64,000 bases of DNA from Clostridia bacterium (GCA_017453255.1 JAFTKN010000027.1:4246-68245); one strand, 5' to 3'; numbered from the stretch's first letter, positions 27,962 through 39,630 are shown. The notes: generated from the letters alone by a model not told the origin. Program-made: numbers and translations.

Positions 27962-28585
27962 ATGCCAAATATTAATGTTGTTAATATGACCGGCGCTAAG
28001 GTTGGCGAAATCGCTTTATCTGATGTAGTGTTCGGTGCTGAAGTTAATGAAGCTGTCCTCCACGCTGCTGTAAGAGCTTACCTTCTCAACCAAAGACAAG
28101 GTACACAGTCAACTCTCACAAGAAGTGAGGTTTCCGGTGGTGGACGTAAGCCATGGAAGCAAAAGGGCACAGGTAGAGCAAGACAGGGCTCAACAAGATC
28201 ACCACAATGGACACATGGTGGTATCGCACTTGGTCCAAAGCCACGCTCATACTATACAAAGCTTAACAAGAAGGTTAAGCAAATCGCTATGTTCAGTGCA
28301 TTAAGCGCTAAGGTAGCAAACAATGAAATGGTTGTAGTTGATGCTATCGTAGCAGAAAGCTACAAGACAAAGGTAATGGCAGATATGCTCAAGGCTATCG
28401 GCGCAGGCAAGAAAGCTCTCGTAGTTTTAGAGTCTAAGAACGATATGGTTGTAAAGAGCTTATCAAACATTGCAGGTGTTAAGGTTGTATATGCAAATAC
28501 ACTTAATGTATATGATATTCTTAACTGCAACACCATCGTATTTGCACAAGGTGCAGTACAAAAAATCGAGGAGGTATATGCATAA
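27962..28585 (+). CDS. rplD: 50S ribosomal protein L4
   Basis: SGGGRKPWKQKGTGRARQGS. Confidence 0.99.
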   Translation: MPNINVVNMTGAKVGEIALSDVVFGAEVNEAVLHAAVRAYLLNQRQGTQSTLTRSEVSGGGRKPWKQKGTGRARQGSTRSPQWTHGGIALGPKPRSYYTKLNKKVKQIAMFSALSAKVANNEMVVVDAIVAESYKTKVMADMLKAIGAGKKALVVLESKNDMVVKSLSNIAGVKVVYANTLNVYDILNCNTIVFAQGAVQKIEEVYA

Positions 28586-28878
28586 TGAAATTTGCTCAGG
28601 ACATAATCCTCAAACCAATGATTACTGAAAAGTCAATGGATGGAATCTCATCAAAGAGATATACATTCAAGGTTGCATCTGACGCAACAAAGCCAGAAAT
28701 TGCAAAGGCAGTTGAAGAGCTTTTCGGCGTTGAGGTTGCAAAGGTTAATACAATAAATATGAAGAAAAAACCAAAGAGAGTTGGTTACCACTTCGGCTAT
28801 ACAGCTGAATGGAAGAAGGCTATCGTAACATTAAAGGCTTCTTCTAAGGAAATCGAATTCTTTAACGGTTTGAACTGA
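28585..28878 (+). CDS. rplW: 50S ribosomal protein L23
   Basis: PMITEKS, WKKAIVTL; operon order. Confidence 0.98.
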   Translation: MKFAQDIILKPMITEKSMDGISSKRYTFKVASDATKPEIAKAVEELFGVEVAKVNTINMKKKPKRVGYHFGYTAEWKKAIVTLKASSKEIEFFNGLN

Positions 28879-28896
28879 TAGTGGGAGGTAGTTCAA

Positions 28897-29724
28897 ATGG
28901 CAACAATGAAATATAAACCCACCACACCTTCAAGAAGACACATGTCTGTGGCTTCCTTTGATGAGGTAACAAAGTTTACCCCTGAAAAGAGCTTGATCGA
29001 GGTTAAGAAAAAGCACGCAGGCCGTAATAGCTACGGTAAAATCACAGTACGTCATCAGGGTGGCGGAAACAAGCAGAAGTACAGATTAATCGACTTCAAG
29101 AGAGAAGAAGGCAAGGCTACTGTTATCGGTGTTGAATACGACCCTAACAGAACATCATATATCGCACTTCTTCAAAATGAAGAGGGCAAGAAGAGCTATG
29201 TAATCGCTCCACTCGGCGTAACAGACGGTGACGTTCTTTACTCCGGTGCTGATGCAGATATCAAGCCAGGTAACACTCTTCCTATCGAAAAGATTCCAGT
29301 AGGTACAATCATTCACAATATCGAAATCTATCCTGGTAAGGGCGGTCAGTTAGTTCGTACAGCAGGTGCTCAGGCACAGCTTATGGCTAAGGAAAACGGC
29401 ATGGCACAGGTTAGACTTCCATCTGGTGAAGTAAGACTTATCAGACTTGACTGTAAGGCTACAATTGGTCAGATCGGTAACATCGAGCATGATACCGTTA
29501 AGATCGGTAAGGCTGGTAAGACACGTCATATGGGCATTCGTCCAACTGTACGTGGTTCAGTTATGAACCCATGCGATCACCCACACGGTGGTGGTGAGGG
29601 TAAGTCTCCTGTTGGAAGACCAGGACCTGTTACTCCTTGGGGTAAGCCAGCTCTTGGTTATAAGACCAGAAATAAGAAGGCAAGAACCAACAAATACATC
29701 GTTAAGAGAAGAAACGGTAGATAA
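28897..29724 (+). CDS. rplB: 50S ribosomal protein L2
   Basis: [19 protein letters not shown]. Confidence 0.99.
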   Translation: MATMKYKPTTPSRRHMSVASFDEVTKFTPEKSLIEVKKKHAGRNSYGKITVRHQGGGNKQKYRLIDFKREEGKATVIGVEYDPNRTSYIALLQNEEGKKSYVIAPLGVTDGDVLYSGADADIKPGNTLPIEKIPVGTIIHNIEIYPGKGGQLVRTAGAQAQLMAKENGMAQVRLPSGEVRLIRLDCKATIGQIGNIEHDTVKIGKAGKTRHMGIRPTVRGSVMNPCDHPHGGGEGKSPVGRPGPVTPWGKPALGYKTRNKKARTNKYIVKRRNGR

Positions 29725-29738
29725 GGGAGGAAAGAATA

Positions 29739-30020
29739 ATGAGCAGAAGTTCCAAAAAGATGCCTTACGTAGAAGAGAAGCTCTACAATCGCATTGTAGC
29801 TATGAACGAAAAAGGCGAAAAGAAAGTTTTGAAGACCTGGTCACGTTCTTCAACAATATTCCCAGAGTTTGTTGGACATACAATCGCAGTGCATGACGGT
29901 AGAAAGCATGCTCCCGTATATGTAACTGAGGATATGGTAGGACATAAGCTTGGTGAGTTCGCACTTACCAGAACATTCAAGGGTCACGCAGGATCAAAAA
30001 CATCTAATAACGGTAAATAA
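29739..30020 (+). CDS. rpsS: 30S ribosomal protein S19
   Basis: [17 protein letters not shown]. Confidence 0.99.
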   Translation: MSRSSKKMPYVEEKLYNRIVAMNEKGEKKVLKTWSRSSTIFPEFVGHTIAVHDGRKHAPVYVTEDMVGHKLGEFALTRTFKGHAGSKTSNNGK

Positions 30021-30032
30021 TAGGAGATAACA

Positions 30033-30380
30033 ATGGAAACTAAAGTAGCTAATGCATATCTTTATGACGTTCGCATTGCTCCCCGTAAAGTTCAAATAGT
30101 TCTTGACCTCGTTCGTGGCAAGGATGTTGAAATGGCTGCAGCTATTCTTAAGAATACACCTAAGAGAGGTGCTGAAATTCTTGAAAAGTTGCTCAAGAGT
30201 GCGGTAGCAAATGCTGAGAACAATCATAACATGGATAAATCAAAACTCTATGTTTCAAAGTGCTTCGTAACACCTGGTAGTCATATGCTCAAGAGAGTAA
30301 TGCCAAGAGGTAAGGGTAGCGCTAATAGAATTTTAAAGAGAACAAGCCACATCACAATCACAGTGGCAGAAAAAGAGTAA
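30033..30380 (+). CDS. rplV: 50S ribosomal protein L22
   Basis: [20 protein letters not shown]. Confidence 0.98.
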   Translation: METKVANAYLYDVRIAPRKVQIVLDLVRGKDVEMAAAILKNTPKRGAEILEKLLKSAVANAENNHNMDKSKLYVSKCFVTPGSHMLKRVMPRGKGSANRILKRTSHITITVAEKE

Positions 30381-30393
30381 AGGAGAGTCAACT

Positions 30394-31158
30394 ATGGGAC
30401 AGAAAGTTAATCCACACGGATTGCGCGTTGGCGTAATTAAGAATTGGGATTCAAGATGGTACGCTTCTGACGAAAAGTTTGGCGATATCCTTGTATCTGA
30501 TTATAATTTGAGAGAGCATCTCAAAAATAAGCTTCTAAACGCAGGCATTTCAAAGATTGAAATCGAAAGAGATGCAAAGGAAACCGTTAAGGTATTCATT
30601 CACTGCGCTAAGCCTGGTATGATTATCGGTAAGGGCGGAAGCGAAATTGACAACCTTCGCAAAGAGGTTGAAAAGATTACTGGCAAGAAGGCTGTTGTTA
30701 ACGTAGTAGAGGTTAAGCCAATCGAGCTTGATGCTCAGCTCGTTGCTGAAAGCATTTGTAGCCAGCTTGAAAGACGTATCGCATTCCGTCGTGCTATGAA
30801 GCAGGCTATTGGAAGAACAATGCGTCTTGGCGCTAAGGGTATTAAGATCGCTTGTAGCGGTCGTCTTGCAGGCGCTGAAATCGCTCGCACAGAGCACTAT
30901 CACGAGGGTACAATTCCACTACAGACAATCAGAGCCGACATCGACTATGGTTTCTGGGAGGCTAATACAACTTACGGTAAAATCGGCGTTAAGGTTTGGA
31001 TTTACAAGGGCGAGGTTCTTAACGAGGTAAGCAAAAAAACTGAGAATAAGAACGACAGACCAAGAAGAAGATTCAACAAGGATGGTAACAAAGAGGGCCG
31101 TAACAACACACGTAGAGCTCCTCGTGCTCCAAAAACAACTGAAGGAGGCGAGCACTAA
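30394..31158 (+). CDS. rpsC: 30S ribosomal protein S3
   Basis: [21 protein letters not shown]; basic C-terminal extension. Confidence 0.99.
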   Translation: MGQKVNPHGLRVGVIKNWDSRWYASDEKFGDILVSDYNLREHLKNKLLNAGISKIEIERDAKETVKVFIHCAKPGMIIGKGGSEIDNLRKEVEKITGKKAVVNVVEVKPIELDAQLVAESICSQLERRIAFRRAMKQAIGRTMRLGAKGIKIACSGRLAGAEIARTEHYHEGTIPLQTIRADIDYGFWEANTTYGKIGVKVWIYKGEVLNEVSKKTENKNDRPRRRFNKDGNKEGRNNTRRAPRAPKTTEGGEH

Positions 31159-31586
31159 TGTTAATGCCTAAGAGAGTTAAATATAGACGTGTACAAAGAG
31201 GTCGCCTTACAGGTAAGGCTTCCCGTGGTAACAAGGTTACTAACGGTCAGTATGGTTTAGTAGCTTGTGAGCCAGCTTGGATCACAGCTAACCAAATTGA
31301 AGCTGCACGTATTGCCATGACAAGATATATCCGTCGTGGTGGTCAGGTTTGGATTAAGATATTCCCTGACAAGCCAATCACAGAAAAGCCAGCTGAAACT
31401 CGTATGGGTTCAGGTAAGGGTTCACCTGAGTATTGGGTAGCCGTTGTTAAGCCAGGCAGAGTAATGTTTGAAATGGACGGCGTTAGCGAGGAAATAGCTA
31501 GAGAGGCTATGCGTCTTGCTATGCACAAACTTCCTATCAAGTGTAAGTTTGTAACAAAGGAACAAACAGAGGAAGAGGAGGCGTAA
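31158..31586 (+). CDS. rplP: 50S ribosomal protein L16
   Basis: [12 protein letters not shown]. Confidence 0.99.
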   Translation: MLMPKRVKYRRVQRGRLTGKASRGNKVTNGQYGLVACEPAWITANQIEAARIAMTRYIRRGGQVWIKIFPDKPITEKPAETRMGSGKGSPEYWVAVVKPGRVMFEMDGVSEEIAREAMRLAMHKLPIKCKFVTKEQTEEEEA

Positions 31587-31589
31587 GTG

Positions 31590-31778
31590 ATGAAAACAGC
31601 AGAAATAAGAAACCTAAGTGTTCAAGAGCTTGAAAACAAACTTAAGGAACTCAAAGAGGAACTCTTTAATCTTCGTTTTCAGCACACAATCAACCAACTC
31701 GAAAATCCTCACAAGATAGCTGATGTTAAAAAGGACATCGCTCGTGTAAAAACAGTTCTCAACGAGAAGAACGCATAA
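31590..31778 (+). CDS. rpmC: 50S ribosomal protein L29
   Basis: ELFNLRFQ...KKDIARVKT. Confidence 0.98.
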   Translation: MKTAEIRNLSVQELENKLKELKEELFNLRFQHTINQLENPHKIADVKKDIARVKTVLNEKNA

Positions 31779-31795
31779 GTGGAGGAAAATGAGTT

Positions 31796-32056
31796 ATGAC
31801 AGAAACACGTAACCTCAGAAAGACCAGAGTTGGTATTGTTGTTAGCAACAAGATGGACAAAACTATCGTAGTTGCTATTAAGGATAATGTAAAGCATCCT
31901 GTTTACAGCAAGATTATTAAGCGTACAACAAAGATTCATGCTCACGACGAGAAGAATGAGTGCGCAATCGGCGACAAGGTAGAAGTAATGGAGACCAGAC
32001 CTCTTTCAAAGACAAAGAGATGGCGCCTTGTTCAAATCATAGAAAAAGTAAAATAA
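31796..32056 (+). CDS. rpsQ: 30S ribosomal protein S17
   Basis: [18 protein letters not shown]. Confidence 0.99.
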   Translation: MTETRNLRKTRVGIVVSNKMDKTIVVAIKDNVKHPVYSKIIKRTTKIHAHDEKNECAIGDKVEVMETRPLSKTKRWRLVQIIEKVK

Positions 32057-32134
32057 TTAATCTCATCCTTTGGGTACATTAAAAAAAGAAAATGTGCCGA
32101 AGCTTAGGGAAACCTTATTAGGAGGATATTTAAA

Positions 32135-32503
32135 GTGATTCAGCAAGAAAGCAGAATGAAGGTTGCCGATAACACAGGCGCTAAAGAGCTTCTTTGCATC
32201 AGAGTACTCGGCGGTACAGGTAGAAGATATGCTAATATCGGTGACGTTGTAGTTTGCTCAGTTAAGAAGGCAGCTCCTGGCGGAATTGTTAAAAAGGGCG
32301 ACGTAGTAAAGGCTGTAATCGTAAGAAGTGCTAAGGGACTTCGTCGTCAAGACGGCTCTTACATCAAGTTTGACGAGAATGCAGCAGTAATTATTAAAGA
32401 AGATAAGACACCAAGAGGAACACGTATCTTTGGCCCAGTGGCTAGAGAACTTCGTGAAAAGGAATTTACAAAGATCCTTTCACTCGCTCCTGAAGTACTT
32501 TAA
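32135..32503 (+). CDS. rplN: 50S ribosomal protein L14
   Basis: [15 protein letters not shown]; GTG start. Confidence 0.99.
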   Translation: MIQQESRMKVADNTGAKELLCIRVLGGTGRRYANIGDVVVCSVKKAAPGGIVKKGDVVKAVIVRSAKGLRRQDGSYIKFDENAAVIIKEDKTPRGTRIFGPVARELREKEFTKILSLAPEVL

Positions 32504-32519
32504 TTGGAGGTAAGTAATA

Positions 32520-32849
32520 ATGAAGAAGATGCACATTAAACGTGATGACACAGTTATTGTTATCTCTGGTGATGACAAGGGTGTTAAGGGTAAGGTACTC
32601 GCAGTAAGCCCAGAAGAAGGCAAGGTTATTGTTGAGGGTGCAAACATTGTATCCAAGCATCAAAAGCCAAGAAAGCAGGGCGAAACAGGCGGTATTCTTA
32701 AGGTAGAGGGTGCTATGTATGCATCCAAGGTTCAGCTCGTATGCCAAAACTCAAAGTGCGCTAAGTACAACAAGGGTACAAGAGTTAAGCATGCAGTAGT
32801 TGATGGTAAAAAGGTTCGCGTTTGCGCAAAATGCGGACAAGAGCTTTAA
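32520..32849 (+). CDS. rplX: 50S ribosomal protein L24
   Basis: KOW motif VIVISGDDKGVKG; Cys pairs near the C-terminus. Confidence 0.98.
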   Translation: MKKMHIKRDDTVIVISGDDKGVKGKVLAVSPEEGKVIVEGANIVSKHQKPRKQGETGGILKVEGAMYASKVQLVCQNSKCAKYNKGTRVKHAVVDGKKVRVCAKCGQEL

Positions 32850-32870
32850 TAGGTAAGGAGGTAACTTATA

Positions 32871-33410
32871 ATGTCAAGAATGAAGGACTTATATAAAAAC
32901 GAAGTTGCTCCTGCGCTTATGACAAAGTTCGCTTATAAGAGCTCAATGCAAATTCCACGCTTCAACAAGATCGTTATCAACGTTGGCGCTGGTGATGCAA
33001 AGGACAACGCAAAGGTAATTGATAAGATTATCGAAGAAATCTCACTCATCTCAGGACAGAAGGCAGTTCCAACATACGCAAGAAAGAGCGTAGCTAACTT
33101 CAAGCTCCGTGAGGGTGTTAAAATCGGTGCGAAGGTTACACTTCGTGGCGAAAGAATGTACGAATTTATGGATAGACTTTTCACATTTGCTCTTCCAAGA
33201 GTTCGTGACTTCAAGGGTATAAATCCAAACGGCTTTGACGGACGTGGTAACTACTCAATGGGTCTTAAGGAACAGCTCATATTCCCAGAAATCGAATATG
33301 ATAAGGTTGATAAGATCAGAGGTATGGATATCACATTCGTAACAACAGCTACAACAGATGAAGAAGCAAAAGAGCTCCTTACACTTATGGGCGCTCCATT
33401 TGCGAAATAA
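32871..33410 (+). CDS. rplE: 50S ribosomal protein L5
   Basis: [21 protein letters not shown]. Confidence 0.99.
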   Translation: MSRMKDLYKNEVAPALMTKFAYKSSMQIPRFNKIVINVGAGDAKDNAKVIDKIIEEISLISGQKAVPTYARKSVANFKLREGVKIGAKVTLRGERMYEFMDRLFTFALPRVRDFKGINPNGFDGRGNYSMGLKEQLIFPEIEYDKVDKIRGMDITFVTTATTDEEAKELLTLMGAPFAK

Positions 33411-33429
33411 TTAGAGGAGGACTGACAAG

Positions 33430-33615
33430 ATGGCAAAGAAGGCTATGGTGCTTAAGCAACAAAGAGCACAAAAATATTCTACAAGAGAATACAACCGCTG
33501 CAAAATCTGTGGCAGACCTCACGGTTATCTTCGCAAGTACGGTGTTTGCCGTATCTGCTTCCGTGAGCTTGCTTACGCTGGTGAAATCCCAGGTGTAAGA
33601 AAGGCAAGCTGGTAA
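33430..33615 (+). CDS. rpsZ: 30S ribosomal protein S14, Zn-binding type
   Basis: RCKICGR...CRICFRE; 61 aa. Confidence 0.98.
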   Translation: MAKKAMVLKQQRAQKYSTREYNRCKICGRPHGYLRKYGVCRICFRELAYAGEIPGVRKASW

Positions 33616-33776
33616 AAGCTTAATAAACCGAGCAATCGGTAAAAAATATTAAGAATACAAAGTATTCAAACTCCAAACTAACCGGAAGGAAACAAGATAT
33701 GTTTAACCACCGGTAAGCCGTCACCCAATAGGGTGGCAGCAAGGTTGGTAACTTGCATAAATAGGAGGAAAATAAA

Positions 33777-34175
33777 ATGCAAATTTCAGACGTAATTGCA
33801 GACATGCTCACCAGAATCAGAAATGCAAGCAATGCAAAGCATGAAAACGTTGATATCCCAGCTTCAAATATGAAGAAGGCAATCGCTGACATTCTTCTTG
33901 AAGAGGGCTACATTAAGGGCGTTTCAGTAATCGAGGACGGTAAGCAGGGCGTAATCAGAATTACACTTAAGTACGAGGCTGGTAAGACAAGAGCTATCCA
34001 TGGTATTAAGAGAGTTTCTAAGCCAGGTCTTAGAATTTACTCAAACTGTGAGGATATGCCAAAGGTTATGAACGGTCTTGGTATTGCAATCGTATCCACA
34101 TCAAAGGGCATTATGACAGACAAAAAGGCAAGACGTGAAAACGTTGGCGGCGAAATTCTCGCATTTGTTTGGTAA
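33777..34175 (+). CDS. rpsH: 30S ribosomal protein S8
   Basis: [22 protein letters not shown]. Confidence 0.99.
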   Translation: MQISDVIADMLTRIRNASNAKHENVDIPASNMKKAIADILLEEGYIKGVSVIEDGKQGVIRITLKYEAGKTRAIHGIKRVSKPGLRIYSNCEDMPKVMNGLGIAIVSTSKGIMTDKKARRENVGGEILAFVW

Positions 34176-34193
34176 TAACGGGAGGTAAAGAAC

Positions 34194-34736
34194 ATGTCAA
34201 GAATAGGAAGAAATCCAATTAATGTTCCCTCCGGCGTAAACGTATCAATCGATACAGAAAATTGCGTTATTACAGTTAAGGGTCCTAAGGGTACATTAAC
34301 ACAAAACTATCACAACAGAATGATTGTTAGCTATGATGCAAACGTAATCACTGTTGCTCGTCCAAGTGACGAAAAAGAGGATCGTGCACTTCACGGTCTT
34401 ACAAGAACACTTATCTACAATATGGTAGTTGGTGTAACTGAGGGCTACACAAAGAAGCTCGAGGTTAATGGTGTAGGCTACAGAGTAGCAATGCAGGGCA
34501 AGGCACTCAACCTTACACTTGGTTATTCTCACCCAGTAATCGTAGATGCACCAGAGGGAATCACCTTTGAAACACCTGATGCAAATACAATTCTTGTAAA
34601 GGGCATCAACAAGCAGGTTGTTGGCGAAACAGCTGCATTTGTTCGTTCAAGAAGAGCTCCTGAGCCATATAAGGGCAAGGGTATTAAGTACGAGGGTGAA
34701 AAGATCCGTCGTAAATCCGGTAAAACCGGCAAATAA
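34194..34736 (+). CDS. rplF: 50S ribosomal protein L6
   Basis: MSRIG, PEPYKGKGI. Confidence 0.99.
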   Translation: MSRIGRNPINVPSGVNVSIDTENCVITVKGPKGTLTQNYHNRMIVSYDANVITVARPSDEKEDRALHGLTRTLIYNMVVGVTEGYTKKLEVNGVGYRVAMQGKALNLTLGYSHPVIVDAPEGITFETPDANTILVKGINKQVVGETAAFVRSRRAPEPYKGKGIKYEGEKIRRKSGKTGK

Positions 34737-34754
34737 TGAAAGGAGAGGAAAAAG

Positions 34755-35114
34755 ATGGTATCAAGAAAAGATAGCAACGCACAACGTCTTAAGAGACATG
34801 CAAGAGTTCGTGGAAAAATTTCAGGAACAGCACTTCGTCCTCGTTTATGCGTTTATCGTTCAAACAAAAATATCTCTTGCCAAATCATTGATGATGAGGC
34901 AGGCGTAACACTCGTTTCCGCTTCTACAATGGAGGCCGGATTTGAGGGTATCGGAAGCAATAAGGAGGCTGCTAAGAAGGTTGGCCTTATGATTGCTGAA
35001 AAGGCACTTGCAAAGGGAATAGACACAGTTGTATTTGACCGTGGTGGTTATGTATATCACGGCCGTGTATCAGAGCTTGCTGAGGGTGCAAGAGAAGGCG
35101 GACTTAAGTTCTAA
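34755..35114 (+). CDS. rplR: 50S ribosomal protein L18
   Basis: [17 protein letters not shown]. Confidence 0.99.
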   Translation: MVSRKDSNAQRLKRHARVRGKISGTALRPRLCVYRSNKNISCQIIDDEAGVTLVSASTMEAGFEGIGSNKEAAKKVGLMIAEKALAKGIDTVVFDRGGYVYHGRVSELAEGAREGGLKF

Positions 35115-35184
35115 TTCTTACCCGAAATAAGAAATCTGGTTTGTACACTGTTTAATTTAATTAAACATAATAGGAGAAAAATAA

Positions 35185-35688
35185 ATGTCTACAAAAATCG
35201 ACGCAGCTACACTTAATCTCCAAGAGAGAATGGTAGCACTTAACCGTGTTTCCAAGACAGTTAAGGGTGGTCGTATTGCTCGTTTCACAGCTCTTATGGT
35301 AGTTGGTGACGGCAATGGTCACGTTGGCTATGGTCTTGGTAAGGCAGCCGAGGTTCCAGACGCAATTCGTAAGGGAATTGAGGATGCTAAGAAGAACATG
35401 ATTACAGTATCTATTAAGGATACAACAATTCCACATGAAGTTTTAGGTAAGTTTGGTGCAGGTACTGTGCTTCTAAAGCCAGCTTCACTTGGTACAGGTA
35501 TTATCGCAGGTCAAACAGTTAGAGCTGTTTTAGAGCTTGCTGGTATTAAGAATATTAGAGCGAAGAGCCTCCGTTCAAACAACAAGACAAACGTAGTTAA
35601 GGCTACATTTGAAGGTTTGAAACAACTCCGCAGTCTCGAAGAAGTTGCAAAGACTCGTGGTCTTTCTGCAGACAAAGTTTTAGGTTAA
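35185..35688 (+). CDS. rpsE: 30S ribosomal protein S5
   Basis: [17 protein letters not shown]. Confidence 0.99.
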   Translation: MSTKIDAATLNLQERMVALNRVSKTVKGGRIARFTALMVVGDGNGHVGYGLGKAAEVPDAIRKGIEDAKKNMITVSIKDTTIPHEVLGKFGAGTVLLKPASLGTGIIAGQTVRAVLELAGIKNIRAKSLRSNNKTNVVKATFEGLKQLRSLEEVAKTRGLSADKVLG

Positions 35689-35701
35689 GGAGGACTATAA
35701 G

Positions 35702-35881
35702 ATGGAAAACGTAAAGGTAACTCTTACAAAGAGTCTTATAGCTTGCAAGCCTAACCAAAAGGCAACTGCTAAGTCACTCGGTCTTAACAAGATCGGAGAC
35801 ACAATTGTTTGCAAAAACGATAAGGTTTTGGCAGGCAAGGTAAAGGTAATTTCTCATCTCGTAACAGTTGAGAATGCGTAA
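35702..35881 (+). CDS. rpmD: 50S ribosomal protein L30 (not in ORF track)
   Basis: Translated by hand: MENVKVTLTKSLIACKPNQKATAKSLGLNKIG...ISHLVTVENA, 59 aa; AGGAGG RBS; expected position. Confidence 0.95.
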   Translation: MENVKVTLTKSLIACKPNQKATAKSLGLNKIGDTIVCKNDKVLAGKVKVISHLVTVENA

Positions 35882-35952
35882 ACGACTGCCGGAGGGCAGA
35901 AATTGATTGATTAACAATCGAAAAAATTGATTTCAAATAAGGAGGATAAAAA

Positions 35953-36393
35953 ATGAAGCTCCATGAACTTTCTCCAGCTGCTGGTTCAGCAAAGGCAGCA
36001 TGGCGTAAAGGTAGAGGTCCCGGTTCTGGTAATGGTAAAACTGCAGGAAAAGGACACAAGGGACAGAATGCACGTTCAGGTGGCGGAGTAAGACCAGGCT
36101 TTGAGGGTGGTCAGCTCCCACTATATAGAAAACTTCCTAAGAGAGGATTTAACAATAAATTTGCTAAGGAGTACGCTATCGTAAATGTAAGCGACCTTAA
36201 CAAGTTTGAAAACGGCGCAACTGTAACTCTTGAAACACTTGTAAATTGCGGTATCGTTCGCAAGGAACTTGATGGACTCAAAGTGCTTGGAAACGGTAAC
36301 ATCACAAAGGCTATTACCGTTGAGGCTAAGATTTTCTCACAAACAGCTAAAGAGAAAATCGAGGCAGCAGGCGGAAAAGCTGAGGTGAAATAA
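35953..36393 (+). CDS. rplO: 50S ribosomal protein L15
   Basis: [22 protein letters not shown]. Confidence 0.99.
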   Translation: MKLHELSPAAGSAKAAWRKGRGPGSGNGKTAGKGHKGQNARSGGGVRPGFEGGQLPLYRKLPKRGFNNKFAKEYAIVNVSDLNKFENGATVTLETLVNCGIVRKELDGLKVLGNGNITKAITVEAKIFSQTAKEKIEAAGGKAEVK

Positions 36394-36395
36394 TT

Positions 36396-37856
36396 ATGTT
36401 TAAAACCTTAGCTAACGCTTGGAAAATAAAAGATTTAAGATCAAAGCTCTTATTTACACTATTTATTGTTTTGGTTTACAGAATAGGTACAGCAGTTCCT
36501 GTTCCATTTGTAAATGCTTCAGTAGTATTTAGTGGACAATCAGAGGGCTCAATCTTCGGATTTTTAAACACTCTTTCAGGTGGTGCGTTTGAAAACGGCT
36601 CACTATTTGCGCTTGGTGTATCACCTTATATTACTGCATCAATCGTAGTTCAGCTTTTATCAATCGCAATCCCAGCTCTCGAAAGACTTGCTAAGCAGGG
36701 CGAGGAGGGCAAGAAGGCAATTAATGCAATCACAAGATATATCACTATAGCTATTTCAATCGTAACAGCTATTGGTTACTATATGCTACTTAGATCAATG
36801 AAGAATGAAGAAACAGGCGTAAATGGCTTGACAGACTTCGCTGTTAACTCTGAGTACGCTGGCTTTGCAGCAGTAGTAATTATTGCTTGCTTTGTAGCAG
36901 GCTCATGCGTAGTTATGTGGCTTGGTGAAAAGATTAATGAGCATGGTATCGGTAACGGTATTTCAATGATTCTATTTGCTAACATCGTATCACGTGGATA
37001 TCCACTTCTTATGAAGTTTATCTCTATGTTCCAGGTAGAGGCATCCGGTTACACAACAGATAATTATGTATTTAAGGATGGCACTATTCAGCCAGAGGTT
37101 ATAGAGGGAAATGGTATTCCAATAGGCTCAATGATCTTTACTGTATTAGTAGTAATTGGCTTGCTTGCAATGATTTGGTTCGTAATTCACATCTCAGATA
37201 GTGAAAGACGTATTCCTGTTCAGTATGCAAAGAGAGTAGTTGGAAGAAAAATGTATGGAGGACAAAACTCCAACATTCCATTAAAGGTTAATATGGCAGG
37301 CGTTATGCCTATCATTTTCGCAAATGCAATTTTAACAATTCCAACAACTATTGCAATGTTTATAACTCCAACCTATACAGGTGATGATTATCAAACATAT
37401 ACAAGAGAGCCTTGGAATTCAATAGTAAACGCATTCTCCCAGTCATCTTGGTTCTATGCACTATTAACATTTGCATTAATTCTTGCATTTGCATACTTCT
37501 ATGTAGCAATTTCCTTCAATCCATATGAGGTTTCTGGAAATCTACAAAAGAATGGTGGTGCTGTTCCTGGTATTCGTCCAGGTAAGGCAACTGCTATGTT
37601 CATTAAAAAGGTTCTTTCAAAGGTTACATTTATCGGCGCACTTTCACTTTCAGTAATCTGCGTAATTCCATTAATTATTAACGTTGTAATTGTAAATCTT
37701 GTAAACGTAAATATTGCGTTTATGTCATTTACCTATGTATCTGAGCTTGCTCAATGTGGTACATCAATCGTTATCGTAGTTGGCGTTATCATTGAAACTG
37801 TAAGAGAAATTGAGTCACAAATGACAATGCGTCATTATAAGGGCTTCCTTGGTTAA
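36396..37856 (+). CDS. secY: Preprotein translocase subunit SecY
   Basis: GVSPYITASI, GIGNGIS, AGVMPIIFA, PGIRPG. Confidence 0.99.
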   Translation: MFKTLANAWKIKDLRSKLLFTLFIVLVYRIGTAVPVPFVNASVVFSGQSEGSIFGFLNTLSGGAFENGSLFALGVSPYITASIVVQLLSIAIPALERLAKQGEEGKKAINAITRYITIAISIVTAIGYYMLLRSMKNEETGVNGLTDFAVNSEYAGFAAVVIIACFVAGSCVVMWLGEKINEHGIGNGISMILFANIVSRGYPLLMKFISMFQVEASGYTTDNYVFKDGTIQPEVIEGNGIPIGSMIFTVLVVIGLLAMIWFVIHISDSERRIPVQYAKRVVGRKMYGGQNSNIPLKVNMAGVMPIIFANAILTIPTTIAMFITPTYTGDDYQTYTREPWNSIVNAFSQSSWFYALLTFALILAFAYFYVAISFNPYEVSGNLQKNGGAVPGIRPGKATAMFIKKVLSKVTFIGALSLSVICVIPLIINVVIVNLVNVNIAFMSFTYVSELAQCGTSIVIVVGVIIETVREIESQMTMRHYKGFLG

Positions 37857-37871
37857 TAAAGGAGAATAATA

Positions 37872-38525
37872 ATGGCTAAGAATCTTAAAATGATATTCCT
37901 TGGTGCACCTGGTGCAGGCAAGGGAACACAATCTGACATCGTAGCTGAAAAGTATGGTATTCCTACCATTTCAACAGGCGTAATGATCAGAGAAGCGATT
38001 AAAAACGACACCGAGCTGGGACGCACCGCAAAGGCTTATGCTGAAAGCGGAAAGCTTGCTCCAGACGAGGTTGTAATAGGTATCATTGGTGAAAGACTTT
38101 CAAAGGATGACTGCAAAAATGGCTTTATCCTTGACGGCTTCCCAAGAACCGTTCCACAGGCTGAGGCGCTTGACAAAATGGGAGTTGAAATAAACTGCGT
38201 TGTCAGCATCGAGGTTGCGGATGAAAAAATCGTTACCCGTATGAGTGGTAGACGTGCTTGCCCAAAGTGTGGCGCAACCTATCACATTGTATATAATCCT
38301 TCTAAGGACGGAGAAAAGTGCGAAAAATGTGGCGAGGCTCTATCCATTAGAAAGGATGATGCTCCTGAGGTTGTTCTTGATAGACTTCATATTTATCATG
38401 AGCAAACAGAGCCCCTTAAGGATTTCTACGGTAAAAAGGGCGTTTTAGCATTAGTTGAGGGACAAGAAAAGGTTGAGGATACAACTGCTCTTACACTTTC
38501 AGCTATTGAAAACGCAGTAAAATAA
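37872..38525 (+). CDS. adk: Adenylate kinase (Zn-binding LID)
   Basis: GAPGAGKGTQ, LDGFPRT, two CxxC. Confidence 0.99.
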   Translation: MAKNLKMIFLGAPGAGKGTQSDIVAEKYGIPTISTGVMIREAIKNDTELGRTAKAYAESGKLAPDEVVIGIIGERLSKDDCKNGFILDGFPRTVPQAEALDKMGVEINCVVSIEVADEKIVTRMSGRRACPKCGATYHIVYNPSKDGEKCEKCGEALSIRKDDAPEVVLDRLHIYHEQTEPLKDFYGKKGVLALVEGQEKVEDTTALTLSAIENAVK

Positions 38526-38528
38526 GTT

Positions 38529-39287
38529 ATGATTCAATTAAAAACACCTGAGCAAATTGAGATAATGAAGGTTGCTGGTAGAATTACTGGCGAAACCCTA
38601 CTCATGGCAAAGGAATTAATTCGAGAAGGCGTAACTACAAAAGAAATTGATGAAAAGATTAACCGTTATATCAAGAAATGTGGTGCGAAGCCAACATTTC
38701 TTGGATACGGTGGATTTCCTGGTAGCGCCTGCATAAGCATTAACAATGAGGTAATACATGGTATTCCTTCACACAAAAGAGTGCTTAAAAATGGCGATAT
38801 TGTAAAAATCGACGTAGGTGCAGAGTGGCACGGCTTTACAGGTGACAGTGCAGCCACCTTCGCTGTCGGTGAAATCTCAAGTGAGGCACAAAGACTAATT
38901 GATGTCACAAGAGAAAGCTTCTTTAAGGCGATTACAGCACTTGAAAATACCGAAAACCCAAGGGTTGGAGATATTGGATATGCAGTAGAAAGCTATGTAA
39001 AGGAGAATGGCTTTTCAGTAGTGCGTGACTTTGTAGGTCACGGCGTGGGTGCAAATCTTCACGAGGATCCAAATGTTCCAAACTATGGAACTAAGGGACG
39101 TGGAGTTAGAATTTACCCAGGTATGACCTTGGCGATTGAGCCAATGGTAAATCAAGGCACACATATGGTTAGAATGCTATCTGACGGCTGGGGAGTTGTA
39201 ACAGCTGACGGAATGCTATCAGCTCATTACGAGCATAGCATAGCAGTAACCGACAACGGCATAATTCTTTTAACAAAGGTTGACTAA
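38529..39287 (+). CDS. map: Type I methionine aminopeptidase
   Basis: HGIP, GHGVG..LHE, AIEPM, AHYEH. Confidence 0.98.
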   Translation: MIQLKTPEQIEIMKVAGRITGETLLMAKELIREGVTTKEIDEKINRYIKKCGAKPTFLGYGGFPGSACISINNEVIHGIPSHKRVLKNGDIVKIDVGAEWHGFTGDSAATFAVGEISSEAQRLIDVTRESFFKAITALENTENPRVGDIGYAVESYVKENGFSVVRDFVGHGVGANLHEDPNVPNYGTKGRGVRIYPGMTLAIEPMVNQGTHMVRMLSDGWGVVTADGMLSAHYEHSIAVTDNGIILLTKVD

Positions 39288-39411
39288 CTCGAAAAATTTG
39301 ATTTCTTCAACGCGGCTGAATTTTGAAGAATGAACTAAACCGAAATATCGCACGTTACTTCGATATACGGATTTGAATAATAATTTACCCGCAGAAAAAT
39401 GAGAGGATAAT

Positions 39412-39630
39412 ATGGGAAAACAAGATGTAATGGAATTTGAAGGCGTAGTTACCGAAGCACTTCCTAACGCGACCTTCAAGGTAAAATTGCCTAATGGGCA
39501 CATAATAACAGCCCATATATCAGGCAAACTAAGACTTAATTATATTAGAATATTGCCCGGTGATAAGGTAACCGTTGAGGTATCAGTATATGACCTCACA
39601 AAGGGACGTATCACATGGCGCGCTAAATAA
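39412..39630 (+). CDS. infA: Translation initiation factor IF-1
   Basis: [20 protein letters not shown]. Confidence 0.99.
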   Translation: MGKQDVMEFEGVVTEALPNATFKVKLPNGHIITAHISGKLRLNYIRILPGDKVTVEVSVYDLTKGRITWRAK

